From positions 1,426,001 through 1,490,000 of the forward strand of contig JBHGNT010000001.1 in assembly GCA_043228905.1 (NCBI GenBank): a stretch of DNA of 64,000 nt. Direction: 5' to 3'. The stretch is from Azolla caroliniana (Eukaryota; Plantae; Polypodiophyta). Position numbers and translations under genes: made by a program. Within the stretch, counting starts at the first letter, position 1. Every line of letters starts with the position of its first letter. Under the pieces are notes generated by a model, which saw only the letters and a list, made by a program, of their open reading frames with translations, searched no databases and was not told the DNA's origin. Positions 23,001 to 36,189 of the stretch are shown here, in pieces.

Positions 23001-26000
23001 CAGACGGATGCCTCCAATGTCGGCCTTGGTGCGGTCCTGCTCCAATCCGACGACAACGACCAACTCCGCCCGATTGCCTACATCAGTCGGTCACTTACCA
23101 AAGCCGAACAAAATTACTCGACAACTGAAAAAGAGTTCCTCGCCATCGTCTGGGCATTCCATCGTTTCCACCCATACCTTCACGGATCAAATACATCAGT
23201 CGAAACAGACCATCAGCAATTGCTCTCCCTCATAAAGAAGGCTCATCCACCCGGCCGCTTACTTCGTTGGGTTTTGGCGCTACAGGATTACACATTCACT
23301 CTGCGCTATCGCCATGGTCCACAAAACATCGTCGCCGATGGATTATCCCGCATATCCTTTCAGGCGAACCAGATCACCTCCAACACAATCGATTTCCCCA
23401 TATCCTCGTCCCAAATGGCCAACATGCAACAACACGACAAACAAATCCAAGATATCTGCCACCGCCTACGAGCTGAACCGACATCATCCCTCACCAAGCA
23501 ATTCATGATCCAGGATAATGTCCTACTTTTTTGTCAAGTAGGCAAAGAACCCCGAGTCTACGTGCCTGAGCAACTACGCCAGTCTTACCTTCGTTTCTTC
23601 CACGATCACCCGTTGTCCGGCCACTTGGGTTTTCATAAGGTGCTCGACAAAATTCGTCGCAAATTCTATTGGCCTGGGCTACGCCACGAGGTCGCCTCCT
23701 ACATCAAAGCATGCAACTTATGTCAGGCCATCAAATCACCTCAAGTGGCTCAAGGCCTCTTACATCCGATACAAGTTCAAGCTCCATTTGAAATCGTCGG
23801 ATGGGACATTATGGGCCCCTTTCCCGAGTCACAAGGAGGGAACAAATTCATCCTCGTCATCACCGAGTACTTGACGCGTTGGGCTGAGACGGCCGCTATC
23901 CCAGATGCAAAGGCTATGACCATCGCCTCCAAACTATTGGAGAAAATCATCTTCCCCCACGGTTGCCCACTCCAAATCTTGTCCGATCGGGGACCCCAGT
24001 TCAACGGTGAGCTCCTACGCCTCGTTTCAACACAACTAGGAATCCAACAGTTATTCACGTCACCCTACCATCCGCAAACGAATGGGTTGACGGAGCGCCT
24101 CAATCGAACCTTAAAACAACAAATCTCAGCCTACATCGATCCGCTGCACTCAACCTGGGACCGAATCTTGCCCTTCGTTACGCATGCCTACAACACAACT
24201 GTGCAAGCCTCTACCCGCATTAGCCCATTTCGGACCCTTTACGGAAGGGACCCGCGCTTACCCCCAGAAGTGGCAGTCCCGCAACCAACCACACGACTCC
24301 ACGCTGACGCAGTGTCTTGGTGGTCCCACCTACAACAACTCCAGCCCCTCCTCCGCAAAGCCATCACGAGCAACCTGCACCAGGCACAACTACGCCGTGT
24401 CGACCATCAATACCACGTCGGTGACAAAGTCCTCGTCTACTTCCCCATTCGTCGTCGCGGTCTCAGCGAATCGCTCATGCACCGATGGATCGGTCCCTTC
24501 GAAGTTCAAAAGCAGTTACGCGACACTACATACCTGCTCCGCCGCGCCTCCAACAACCGCTCTACCTTTGCTCACCAGTCTCGCATGAAGCCCTTCCATC
24601 AACTACCACCGCCCCCGCCCACACTCATGCCTACGCCCACGCCCGTGTCATCCCCCCGTCTGGAACCGTCGTCCACGCCTCGTCGCGCTTCGACTGCACA
24701 GTAACTTTTTTTTTACAAGGGGGAATTGTGGTGGTCACATGGACCACACCTAGATTAGGCCCCTACCAAGCCCCATGCACCACACATAGACCACACCCAA
24801 ATTAGGCCCCTACCAAGCCTCATGCACCACACCCAAACTAGGCCCCCACCAAGCCCCATAATTAGTAGAGCTAATTGGAGCGGGAGAACACCCTCCACGC
24901 TAAGAGAGAGTCTATAAAATGTAACTTGAGACATAATGAAAGGGGGGCTATTCTTGAGAGCATTTCACAATATCAAGAGAAACAGTTACCTGCTAGGCAG
25001 TTTTTGAATGGCCCGAGACAATCCAGCCAGAGGTCCAGTTGCAAGAGGTGGCCTTTGGAATTGTATAAACGGGGCGAGCATAGTGACCAATGCAATATCG
25101 ACAACGACACCAACCACGAGATCAGCCATGTAAAGCTCAAACTCGTTCCAAAAATCATCCCCTCTCTTTTGCATTTCGGCAACTGTTGCACAACCAGAAT
25201 CGATTGCAATCTGTAAAACAAAAGAATGAGTATAGAATGAATCCAGATAACGTTAATAAAGTTACTTGCATGAACTTCTAATCAAAACCATATTGTCAAA
25301 ACATATTGCTGACAAAAAAATGTTAGAATAAATCGCAACCTGTAGAATAAGTTTGAATGAAATAATAGTTACTTGCGACATCTCCTCAATTACAACCACA
25401 TTGTTACAATGAATTGTTAGACCTCTCATACGAAGTTTGATTGTGATCAATAAAAAGACAATGAAAGATAAAAAAAAAGCATTACCTCTGTGAGTAGCTT
25501 GAAGAGAAAGCTTCGATCAGCAAGCATACGGTTACGAATCATAGTACTGCCACGAACAGCTGCTCCTATGGGCCATGTAGCTCCCTAAATGAAGAATTTA
25601 AGAGAAATTTTGATAACACTAACAACATTAAATAGTAAATTCCACCAAATCATCACATATTGACAATAGAATCATGACATATTCACCCAATTAACTCACA
25701 AATCATGACATCAAAAATGTTGGCACATTGAACCCTAATCTAGCCACCTTTAACTATGCTAAACATTGAACAATTGTGTATACATTAAACATATTGAAAA
25801 ATAACATGGGCACATATCATAAATGACTTAACCATCTTCCACTAGACACAGAAAATGATAAGGATTTCCTTATTGATGCTAATGTTGATTGGCCTCTGAG
25901 TGTAAAGTGATAGATTGGGTTGACAGCACTCAAACCATGGCATTTCTTTTACATGCGAAAGAACTTATTGCAATGCGTTTGAAAATAGAACAAGAATATA

Positions 26001-27056
26001 CTTTCAAATGCGTCGCAACCAATTCTTTATTAATTATTGGTCAAGTTTTTCTTTCCGTTCATTAAATGATAGAAATTGCAAGAAAAACAGCCCAAGTTCA
26101 AAAGAACGAGATTACATTTCTTGTTTATTAGATGGATGTGGTCCAGATGGATGTGACCTAAATGCAGGATAAATTGCTTTTGCAGATAAAGGTATAAGAT
26201 GTGCCACTAAATATGAAGTTTCACAGGAAGCAATTTGAATCAAACACATACACACATATGTGTATATACATTTTACAGTTTTCAGGTCCAGCCAAGTAAC
26301 AAGACCAAACAGTGATGGACTGAGAAATTGAGGAAGCATATGAGGTTTCATGCACAAGCAAAGTTCAATGAACTGCGAATAAAATATTGTGTTCATTCAT
26401 GAATTCAACTAGAGCTATTTCCCAACAACAAGAATATGACAAGAAAAGATAAAAGTACAAAGAATTAAATGAAATTGGAGAGCACACCGTTACACACATA
26501 TCTACAAATATACCTATGTACATAGAGGTATATACATACACATCTACACATACCAACATAGACACATACATACCTACATAGACATATATGCGTACATACA
26601 CACCTACATTGTAGGTTAGTATGCACACATCTATATATTGCAAAATTCACTTGTTTCAGGTACCATAAGGTGTTCCATGGCAAAACGTTCTTTTCACATG
26701 AATTATTCTACCTCGACCCATGTCTGAAGAATTCCCAACAACTCAAAAATAAAAGAAAGAAAAAGGCATGAAGATTGCATGAAAAAGGAGAAGTAACTAG
26801 GTCAACGTAAAATAGTAAAATCAAAGAGGAAATAAATAAAACTGTACATGGAGTTCCATAAAATTGGAGAGGACAAAGCTACGGATTCCAACGGTTCGGG
26901 CTGCCTCAGCCATGTCAGGTGGGAGACGGATCCCTCGAGCTTCCGTCTGCTTCAGCACCTCTTCTGAGCCCACGATCTGTCCAAACTCCTTCTCAGCATG
27001 TTCATCCTCTTCACCACCATCATCATCACCATCACCTCCAAATCGATAACCATCTC

Positions 27057-27087
<31 letters not shown>

Positions 27088-27417
27088 ATTGTTGTTATGA
27101 TCATCACCATTATTGTTATCATCCCCGCAAACAGTTTTGTCCTCAAGGCCATGTCGCTCTTGTGGTTGTGAAGAGATGGTTTCCAAGTAGGATGCGGAAG
27201 AAGATGATGAAGAATAGGAGGAGGGTTTCTGACAGATTGATGTATGTTGCTCATGGCTGGTGCTTTCACATCTGATGAATGTGGGCTTCATTGACAAATT
27301 CCTGATCATGGGCGATGGTTTAAATAGACATTCACTGTGCCTCTTACCATGGAGAGTCGACTGATTATTAGCATGGGAATAGCCCATCATAATGGTGGTG
27401 CAGGTAGCAACAGCCAT
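18690..27417 (-). CDS. RETICULATA / RETICULATA-RELATED (DUF3411) plastid envelope protein, 7 exons
   Basis: Exons 27417-26848, 25584-25486, 25210-24990, 19616-19547, 19422-19343, 19185-19121 and 18883-18690 join in frame with GT-AG. Motifs: RNRMLAD.SFLFK, KRGDDFWNEFELY, VPPLVKSAALWGVFLAVSSNTRYQIVNGLE, GGMQFVDWARWSGVQ. N-terminus is transit-peptide-like and followed by an N/G/D-rich linker. Confidence 0.93.
20191..20433 (+). repeat. 5' LTR (243 bp)
   Basis: Matches 24727-24969 with no difference seen by eye. Contains three ccacacc-a-a-taggcccc-accaagcc-cat subrepeats and TATAAAA. Confidence 0.97.
20494..21444 (+). pseudogene. gag: Retrotransposon gag with in-frame premature stop
   Basis: ORFs 20494-20886 and 20905-21444 share a frame, split by TGA at 20884. 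Motifs PKPFSG...WLDHFE, QQPREPITQF, PMDID and CCHC knuckle CFYCNNYGHIRRHC. Confidence 0.92.
21444..24704 (+). pseudogene. pol: Retrotransposon pol (PR-RT-RNaseH-IN) with in-frame stop and mutated RT active site
   Basis: LLDSGS protease; RT RFCVDFRQLN, LDLASGYWQI, MPFGL, YLDN; TAA at 22902 then the same frame continues through RNase H (TDAS, EKEFLA, TDH). Integrase has HHCC, DDE core and RWIGPF, with no chromodomain. Confidence 0.95.
24727..24969 (+). repeat. 3' LTR (243 bp)
   Basis: Direct repeat of 20191-20433, preceded by a polypurine tract. Confidence 0.97.
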
Positions 27418-27779
27418 GGCTAAGAGCTCAGAGATTTCTCTGTCTCTTCCAACAATGCTCTGTTATACTATCATGGAAGGAAGGCTGATTCTGCATTCAT
27501 TCAATTTTAGGGCACTTTTGCATTGTCATTTCATTTGATTTCAATACATGTATAGTATATAATTATATAATATATTTATAACAAACACATCTTATATGTA
27601 TATAAATATATATATATATATATATATACATACACTCACTCACTCAGCTTCCTCGCCTCGGGCTCACGGCATTTTCAAAGAACCCGGGCCGATTGGCATG
27701 CAGCAATAGCTGCTCGCATGTAAAGGAACAAAGATTTCTTTGCGGTACCGCTCGACAAACCGGAAAATTAACCAATTTC

Positions 27780-28190
27780 TTGGTTGGGAATTTGAACTCT
27801 TGGAGCAACATCATCCAATGAGCGAGTTTACTGACGGATCTTTTATCACCAAATAGTGAAGCACCAAATGATCTTTGTGGAATGTAAATATTTGTCATGT
27901 GATAGGTAGAAGTGGAACTTGTCGACTCTATGGATCATGCCCAAAAGGCTTTTCGCTCCATTGTCGAGGAGTTCCACTTTGGTTTTGATCATTTCCTATC
28001 TGCATGATAAATCGAAATATACCAACTTGGATCTCATGTATGATGAAATAAGGGATCCAACTCATGTATTTTCGTAGGAATAGCCAACGACGTCTCGATA
28101 GCACTAATTCGCTCCAAGAGGTATCGGTGGAACAACGCCAAGTGTTTTGCAATTTTAACTTGGCCTTAGGTCGACGCACTTCTTCCAATA
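27780..28190 (-). mobile_element. Degenerate gypsy-type pol (RNase H end) fragment
   Basis: SKLAHWMMLLQEFKF resembles the RLARW.LLLQEFDF motif at the end of gypsy RNase H. The remainder is frameshifted. Confidence 0.45.
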
Positions 28191-28628
28191 TTTTTATCTA
28201 CACACATTGGGACATGGATATGTATTGAGGATGACTTGAAAACCAAAAGGTAGCTCATGTAGTGGAGCACCAAAAGGCTTTTTGTGCATCAAAGGTCTTG
28301 CCCTTTTATACAAGTTGGAAACCCTAAGGGATCCCTTTCACATTATAAGCCCATTGGGCATTAGTTGTTGCTACCTAACAAATGTTAGTTCCCCATAAAT
28401 TACAATATGTCCATGTTTCTTGTTAACACTTGGCCTATGACCAATATTCCACGTTGAAAATAGTAACATTACCAAAACAATGTGAGTCTTTTGCCAATTG
28501 TATTTGATCCTTGCCTTGTGGGACCATGGTCATTTCAACAATAACGTATAAACATTCATTTTTGCCAATTGTCGAACAATTGTCAATATGTGAAATGGGT
28601 AGTCTAATAACATGGACTAGAAGGTGCT

Positions 28629-29281
28629 TGATGAGGTTGAGTGGTCATAATAGGTCCCTCCGGATGGGAAGTCAGAAGAACAGTATTGATGAGCAAACTC
28701 GGCCGAGGCCGAAACCGGATGAGAAATACCCAACTACGGAAGACCCGGTGAGAACCGGATGACGAGTACCCGGCAAGCGACGGATGATGCAGGCCCGGTG
28801 AGGAGTGCTCACCGGATGAAGAGACATATTCGTAAATATGTTTCTGAGAGTCCATCGTGGCTATATTTGTAAATAGCCGAAAAGTCATATTAGTATAAAT
28901 ATGACTTAGGGTAAACTTTTGTATAGAGTGCGAGAGAGTTGTTTTCATTCTTGTTGGCGCAAGATTAGAGTGCCCAATTGTGTACAGAGAGAGTGAGAGA
29001 GAGGAAGAGGTCGTTGCCTCTGATTGTAACTGCCGCCTGTGGCGAAGATAGCAAGCTCGAGGTCGTGGCCTCGGTGCTTTCTTATTGTACATTCTGACAT
29101 AGTGATAGTTTGCGGTCTGTGGGCTGCCGTGGTTTTTCTCGATTTTGGGTTTTCCACGTAAACATCCTATGTACTCTTCTCTCTATCGTGTTGTATTTCA
29201 TTCCCTGTTTTTTCTGTGTTTTATTCTAGGCTCGGTTGTGGCTGAGCATTGTTCAAAGGGAGCGTGTAGTTCCTGTCATCA
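28629..29281 (+). mobile_element. LTR-like fragment (possible solo LTR)
   Basis: Bounded by TGATGA...TCATCA. Contains ccggatga subrepeats, TATAAAT, a GA-rich stretch and gtggtttttctcgattttgggttttccacg, which resembles U5 regions of plant LTRs. No TSD found and ends are uncertain. Confidence 0.5.
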
Positions 29282-29599
29282 TCTAGACACGTACTAGGAG
29301 TAGGAGCCTTGGCATATCATTGAAATTACCCTAAAATGAGAACCATGCAAGTGATTGTCGCAGCAGAAGTGATGCTTGGTAAGTGCTCATGGTTGACAAG
29401 ACCATATTTGGGGTGGGTTGTGGTTGTGTGGGAGCTATAGTTACACATGTAGCATAACCCATGAAGACATTGATATTGATACGAGTACCAAACTTAGGGT
29501 AATACTAAGAAAAAGGGAGATAGGACAAATTGCTCTTAGACTTTTAGGCCAAATGGCCTTCAGTGTGAAAAGGGACAAGCCCTTCGTAAAAATCTACAA

Positions 29600-32500
29600 A
29601 AGTCATCTCTCCAGTCATGGTTGTTCTTCCATCAACATCCCTCTACATCAGACCCATGTGACCTTATTCGGCGACTCTCTCCTTTCTCTGAGCTTCACGG
29701 CCTTCACAACAGAGGAAGGAAAGCAACTATTGGGCTGCAAATTCGTTTTGTCGCGTTGCAACATCTCTTCCAACAGGTTTGATTTCTATCCAGATTAACT
29801 CTCTTATCCATCACAACTCATGTAAGAAGTAGAAGTAGAAGAAATTAGTAGTGGTGATGGTTGGGGAAAAGGAAGGAGAAGGAATTGGAAGGGAAAAGAG
29901 AACGATTAATTAGGAAATAGGGAATCTTACAAACTCATGAAAAGAAGAGAGTTTATGTAAGATTCCCGTCTTCGTCAACGCCCACGGAGCGATCCAGTGA
30001 ATCAGCTCATGCTTCTCCTACGATTGACGGTACTATCGATGTCCAATTGGCACCAAAAGATGAGCTCATTGTCCTCAATGAAGTTAAACGATTGGAGCAG
30101 TGCTCGGTTGTTGCCCAAGTCTTGGGAAAACGACTAAGTAGAGGGGATATTCGTCATCTTCTCCTGGCAGCGTTAAAGGAGAAACTAGATAAGATTATTG
30201 ATATACAATTGATGGGCCGAGGTTGCTATCAATTGGAGTTTGAATATCATTCTTCTGTTCGCAATCTCCTTTCCATTCACTCTGTAGACATCTCAAGTGC
30301 ATGGGTTCTTTTTTTCCCATGGACCCATGGTTTTGATACGGCAGTCCTACAGGTGGAGGCAATGGGATACTTTACGTGTACTGCTATTTTTCTAGGCCTA
30401 GATAAGGAGTGGAGGGAGGTTCTTCACAAAATCGGGGCAGCAATCGATAGAGTTCTACATATTAACTCATCTACATTTAGGGACATTTTAGAAAAAGGAG
30501 GAGCTCCGTCTGTCAAGTTACTTTGCAAAAAAGATGTAGTGTTACCTAATTGGATTCGTCTTCCAAAACTGCAAGGTAATATGTTTCAAAAAATTCAGAA
30601 AGTGCTTTACTTCAGTTTGCCCAACCAGTGTTTTTCTTGTAAAAAAAATTGGACATTTGGCAAAAGATTGTTTGACTGCCCACGGGAAGCCTATTGCAAC
30701 TATGAATAAGCAAAATAATAGTGTTGTCACTACATTGTTGCCTCATGAAACTCAATAAGTAAAGGGTTTTGATACATTGTTAGATAAAAGTGGGTAATGG
30801 AAAAAGTGTTGATATGATTTGCTCCAATTTCCTTCAATCTGCACTATCGGAATGTAGTATGGACACTTTGAGGCAAGATTTAGGAATGTCGGTTTCTGCT
30901 CCATCTATGGAGATCATTCCAGCCATTCCTCCTCCCTTAGTATTGCCAGAATGTAGTATGGACGCTTTGCAAAAAGATGTAGTTATGCCGGTTTCCATTT
31001 CCTCTTTGGAAATTGTTCCAATCATTGACCCAATGCCAGAACAAGTTTCGACGAAAGTTAAAGTGTCAGTTTAGAAAATGATAACATCGTTTCAACATAA
31101 TGATCCAAAGGTATCTAAATGCTTGATCATATTCAGCTGTTTTGCAGACAGGGGTCAGGCAATCACCGTATGTTTTTACATCTGCAAAGGATACTATAGA
31201 AGCACTTGGGAATAACAAAAATAGGGTATATAAAGACCATCGTGTTTTATTCAAGGATTCTCATGTGGAAAAAAGAATAACAAGAGCAGTAACTTCGACT
31301 CAAAAGGAGAGACAAGTGGTTTTGATTGATAAGAGGTCTTCTCCATCTCAATCTTGATATGGATTATTTTAATATTTTATCTTGGAACCTTCAAGGGTTA
31401 GGTGTGAGTCGTAATATAGTAAAATGTTACTTGAATCAAGAATTATCTTTGCCTTCTATAGGTTGACTTGATATGCTATGTTTTCAAGAACACCATCTTA
31501 ATTCACGTAGGATAACATCAAATAAAAATTTAATACGTGGTAATTGGATTTATGAATGGGTTCCAGCTTTTGGACCCTCTAGTACTCAAGGTGGCCTTTG
31601 TATCGCACTTAGAATGGAATGGCAGTCTCATCTACAAGCTAAAGGAGTCTTGTTTGGTGGTAAAGTTCAATATATGCTTATTCTTATTTCTGGAAAATTG
31701 ATTGGTTTTTCGAATGTATATGCTCTGAATTCTGCTACTGGAAGAATTTGATTGTGGAATAAGTTATTGCAAGATCTTCCTCTGGCACAAGATTTTTGTA
31801 TGTGTGGTGATCGGAACATGATCAAAAGCCCTATTGATAGATTAGGTGGATCTTCTGCTACTATCTCGGGTTTGGAATTGCGTGAGTGAGAAATTTTAAT
31901 TTTCAAATATGAAGTTACTAATTTGTGGCATATTCCTACCTTCTCTCGCATGCCTGATTCCTTGTTATATTCACGTTCCAATCAAAGAAGTGCCGCTCTC
32001 AATTTGTCGAGAATAGATAGGTTTTATGCAGATTCTTTCTCTTTGGGATTGTGGAAGATATGTGGGTATTATATCGGGCACTTCGTTCTCTGATCATGCT
32101 CCGATTATGCTCAAATTCTGTATGGACAACCATACTTCTATTTCTCGATTGTATGTGCCAAGGTTTATTGTTGACGATATGAATTTGCAGAATACAGTTT
32201 TGTCACTTTGGAGAATAGCTGTAGGGGATTCTAATTGTCAAAAATTACAGAATGCTCTTCTCACAATTTCCAACTTCTTTATACAACAAGTTAAGATAAA
32301 ACGAAGTAGTTACACTAGAAATTTTCTGAATGTTAAGAGAGGTTTGGCTTCTCTTCAAATTTTGCAAGAAAAACAACCTCATTTTCAATATATTCATTGT
32401 GAATTACAGAATGCTTTGATGCTTTTTTCTTCTTTGCAGCAAAAACGTGCTCAATTCTTTCTTCAAGCATCTGCAACAAGATGGTGTGTGCAAAAGGTGA

Positions 32501-35500
32501 CACCATGTCAAAAAAATAAAATCCAACATGTTATGCCTAAAAGAAATAAATTTCAGATTGTACAGTTGAAAAGATTTGATGGCACAATTACAATGGATAG
32601 AGATGAAATGAGGCATATTGTAACCACTTATTATGAGTCGTTGTTATCAGCAGATACTCCAAGTGTTGAAACTCTAAAGATGCGCCAAAAAGTATGGGTT
32701 GTTACTACAGTTAAGGTAACATCTCGAATATCGCTTTAGCTTCTTCGTCCATTTTCCTCCTTCGAAATATTACAACCTATTAAAGGTGTTGGGCCAGATG
32801 TATCTCCGAGAGTAGATGGAATGGGAAGAGATTTTTTCATTACATATTGGGATTTGATTGTTGATGATCTATTGGCACCATTTCAAGAAATGTTCAATAC
32901 AAGTATTATGCCACAAAAGTGGAAAGAGGGATTAATATGCCTCATTCCAAAAGGTGATGTTGTTACGGATGAGGTGAAGGGTTGGCGGCCCATTACTTCA
33001 TTGAATACAATTTACAAAATTTATGCTAAGTTATTGTCTTTGAGATTACAACCTTTTCTTCCACAGATTGTGCATGATTCACAGACGGGATTTATGCAAG
33101 AACGTAGTATTTTTTACAATGTTTTTCTATTTTGGGAATTAACAAGGATGGCAATGAAGAATAAAGAAGACCTTGCAGTACTTTTATTAGATTTTGAGAA
33201 GGCATATGACAGAGTTGATTGGGACTTCATGGAAGGTTCGTTTTTTAGATTAGGTTTTCCTACTCAATGGATAGGGTTGTAGCTTCCTTGTATTGTGAGG
33301 CCTTTAGTTCAGTCTTGGTCGTCGGTGGGCAAACTAGAAAATTTTCTATTTCGCGTTCTGTACGTCAAGGTCGTCCATTGGCCCCATTCCTATTTTTGCT
33401 AGTAATGGAAACATTCTCAATGTATTTAAATTCTTCTCAAGTTTCTCTGAAGGGTTTGCCTTTGCCTGCCATGCAACAACAACTGTTGGATGCAGAATTT
33501 GCAGATGATACCACAATTTATGTTCAAGTTAATGATGAAAATTTAAGTAAATTGCAAGAAGCAGTGGAGGAATTCTATTTGGCCTCTAGAGCAAAGATAA
33601 ATTGGCATAAGTCTCTTGGTTTTTGAGTATCACAAAATTCATTGCCTACTTTGATTCCTTCGCAGGAATTCAAGTGGGACTTCATGTTACTACAGATATG
33701 TTAGTTGCTCCTCTACTTGTAAAATTAAGGAGAAAATTGTTGCTTTGGGATCCGGTTAACCTATCACTTGCAGGTCGTGTACTTGTAGCTAACCAAGTTC
33801 TTTTAGCTACTATTTGGTATATTGCTTCAACTACATTGTTTGCTAGATTATGTATTTTACAGGTGCAACACCTCATTCGTAATTACATTTGGGGAGGAAA
33901 AATAGGTCAAGGTAAAAAAAGGTCGAAAGTAGCTTGGGCAGTATTGATTGCTTCGCGACAAAATGGTGGGTTGGGGCTGGTGGATCCAGAAGCACAATGT
34001 AAGGCTTTGCTTTCTAAATTTGTGTAGAGCTATATTGCCAATGCAAGGTGTTTGGAGTCGGTTGATGATGCATAGGTTGTCTACTATGTGCTCGACAATA
34101 GGAGGAAAGTGGCAACCATCATTAAGATGGGGCTTTATTCAAAATTTTCATTTGTTTAAAACAACCTTATCAGAAGATAGGTTTTTTAATGGAATTCTCA
34201 CAAGTTGGTCAGTTGTTAAAAGTTTCTAGTTTGGAAGGTGCCTTCGACAACAGATGATTTGTTGAGACCAGCATTGACCTGGAACTTTCTCTTTTCAGAT
34301 TCAAGGGGTTTTCTGCTTGGTAGCCGTCCTCGATTGAACTGGGCTCTTGTGGATGCATCAATAGCATGTAATGTTCTATCATGGGGATGTTATGTTATGA
34401 ATCAACCGTTACAATCTTTGTCGAGGCTTTCAGTTCGAGGAAGTGCTATTATGTGCAATGATATGCAAGTGGCATTAGGACAATTTATGGCTTCATGGTC
34501 CCCCTCTAGCAATCAGATTTGGTTTGGTTATTTCTCTCCTTTAAAAGTTATTTTAGCTAAAGTAATTAACACTACGGGTGATGTAATATACTTTAATGTG
34601 GATGATGATGGTAGGCTATGGCGTGTATTTTCTGAATCAAATGTGTGGATGTCCGCCAATGTTTCAACGATTTGAGTAGTTGCAAGATTTGGAAAAAAAA
34701 AGTTCTTGGATCCACCCTTTCAAGAATGCTTACGATGTTGTTCATTGTGGGTTTTTCAAAACAAGCCGCTTTATAATTTGGATTGGGATCCAGGTGATTA
34801 TCAATGGAAAAAAACAAATGATAGTGGAAATGGTAAACATTTGGAGTTTTTCCAGTATTTAGTTAAGCTAGGTAGAAATTGATTATAGCAATCAAAGTAT
34901 AAATGCACTCCTGCCATGAAGCATTGGACTGCAAATAATGTGAATGCATTGCAACTTACAAAATTTTGGAAATGCTTGTGGAGTACGCAGTTGCCGAAAA
35001 AAGTGATTTGTTTTCGTTGGTTGTTGATGCATTATGCTCTTCCTATTGGTGATTGGTTGAGGCAAAATCAGCAATATGCTTGTGGAATACATTGTGGTGC
35101 ATCTACGGAATCTATCTTGCATTTGTTTTGGTTATGACCCAAAATCAAGCAATTCTGGAGTAAGTTGTTTTTATTACTATTGGTGATTGGTTGAGGCAAA
35201 ATCAGCAATATGCTTGTGGAATACATTGTGGTGCATCTACGGAATCTATCTTGCATTTGTTTTGGTTATGACCCAAAATCAAGCAATTCTAGAGTAAGTT
35301 GTTTTTATTACTGAGACACCATTATTCTCGTTCTATTTTCTCGTGGGGTGCAATATTATGGGGTGTCCTACATGGAGATGTTATGAAGTATGAAAGTATG
35401 CATGCTTCTCATGTCTTTCACTTTTCCAATAGGTACATCTATCTCACTTCATTTCCATCATTTATTCCACGGTTTAGAACTGAAATTTTGGTTATTTGGT

Positions 35501-35939
35501 ATACTATTACATCATTAGCTCTTTGGACAATATGGAAAATGAGATGTGAGGTTTTTTTTAATAATGCTCACATACATCTCAGTACTATGCTTATTGAATT
35601 CTGGTTGTTATTTGTCCATACCATACGTGGGCAATATGATGATCTGCAGGGTTCAACTGATGCTCAAAGGCAACGTCAAGTGGACTTTAAGAAACGGTGG
35701 CAAGGGCTTCACTTATTTTCATGTACAACTTCTGGTATGAAGTGGAATTATGCCATACCTTCTTTTTTATTGCATATCTTATAGATTGTGCTCCATTCGT
35801 TTCTTATATGATATCATATATTTGATCAGATGTTGGTATTAGCTTTTGTATTACAATAGAGGTGAGATGAAATGTCTCCTTCTGTTTTCTATATGTACAT
35901 CTCTCAAGTAATATACTAAGGTGTATCTTTCTTGAAAAA
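29600..35939 (+). mobile_element. Full-length decayed L1-clade LINE with 12-bp TSD
   Basis: ORF1 has a DUF4283-like region and CFSCKKIGHLAKDC knuckle (broken by an A-run frameshift). ORF2 from 31359 has APE endonuclease (SWNLQGL, FQEHH, SRIDRFY, SDHAP), RT (WRPITSLN, LDFEKAYDRV, RQG.PLAP, FADD) and zf-RVT, ending 35784, with many stops. A-tail at 35935. AAAAATCTACAA occurs at 29588-29599 and 35940-35951. Confidence 0.93.
35043..35311. repeat. 134-bp tandem duplication within the LINE ORF2 zinc-finger region
   Basis: ctattggtgattggttgaggc...gtttttattac starts at 35043 and 35177. Confidence 0.93.
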
Positions 35940-36189
35940 AAAAATCTACAATAGTAATTTTCTGTGACTTTTTAACTTATTCTTCTTAGATTAACTTCAT
36001 GATTACGATTGTCTTAGTGAAGCGAGAGTGAGATTTAGCGAGGTCAGGGTTCGTGAAGCTAGAGGCTCAAGGGTGATTCACAACCGCCCTCTCCCGGTTC
36101 GCCACCAATAGGGTATACGGCAATCCGGCCAACAATATCTGCATGGAATCAAAACTCTCCCAATACATAGACTTGTGCTTAGTGTACCA

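Larger units (their letters stand above)
20191..24969 (+). mobile_element. Full-length Ty3/gypsy LTR retrotransposon (4779 bp) in intron 3 of the RETICULATA gene
   Basis: TG...CA LTRs, ATAT on both flanks, PBS TGGTGGAGAAGACGGGCA after the 5' LTR, purine tract AAGGGGGAA before the 3' LTR, and domain order gag-PR-RT-RH-IN. Confidence 0.98.
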
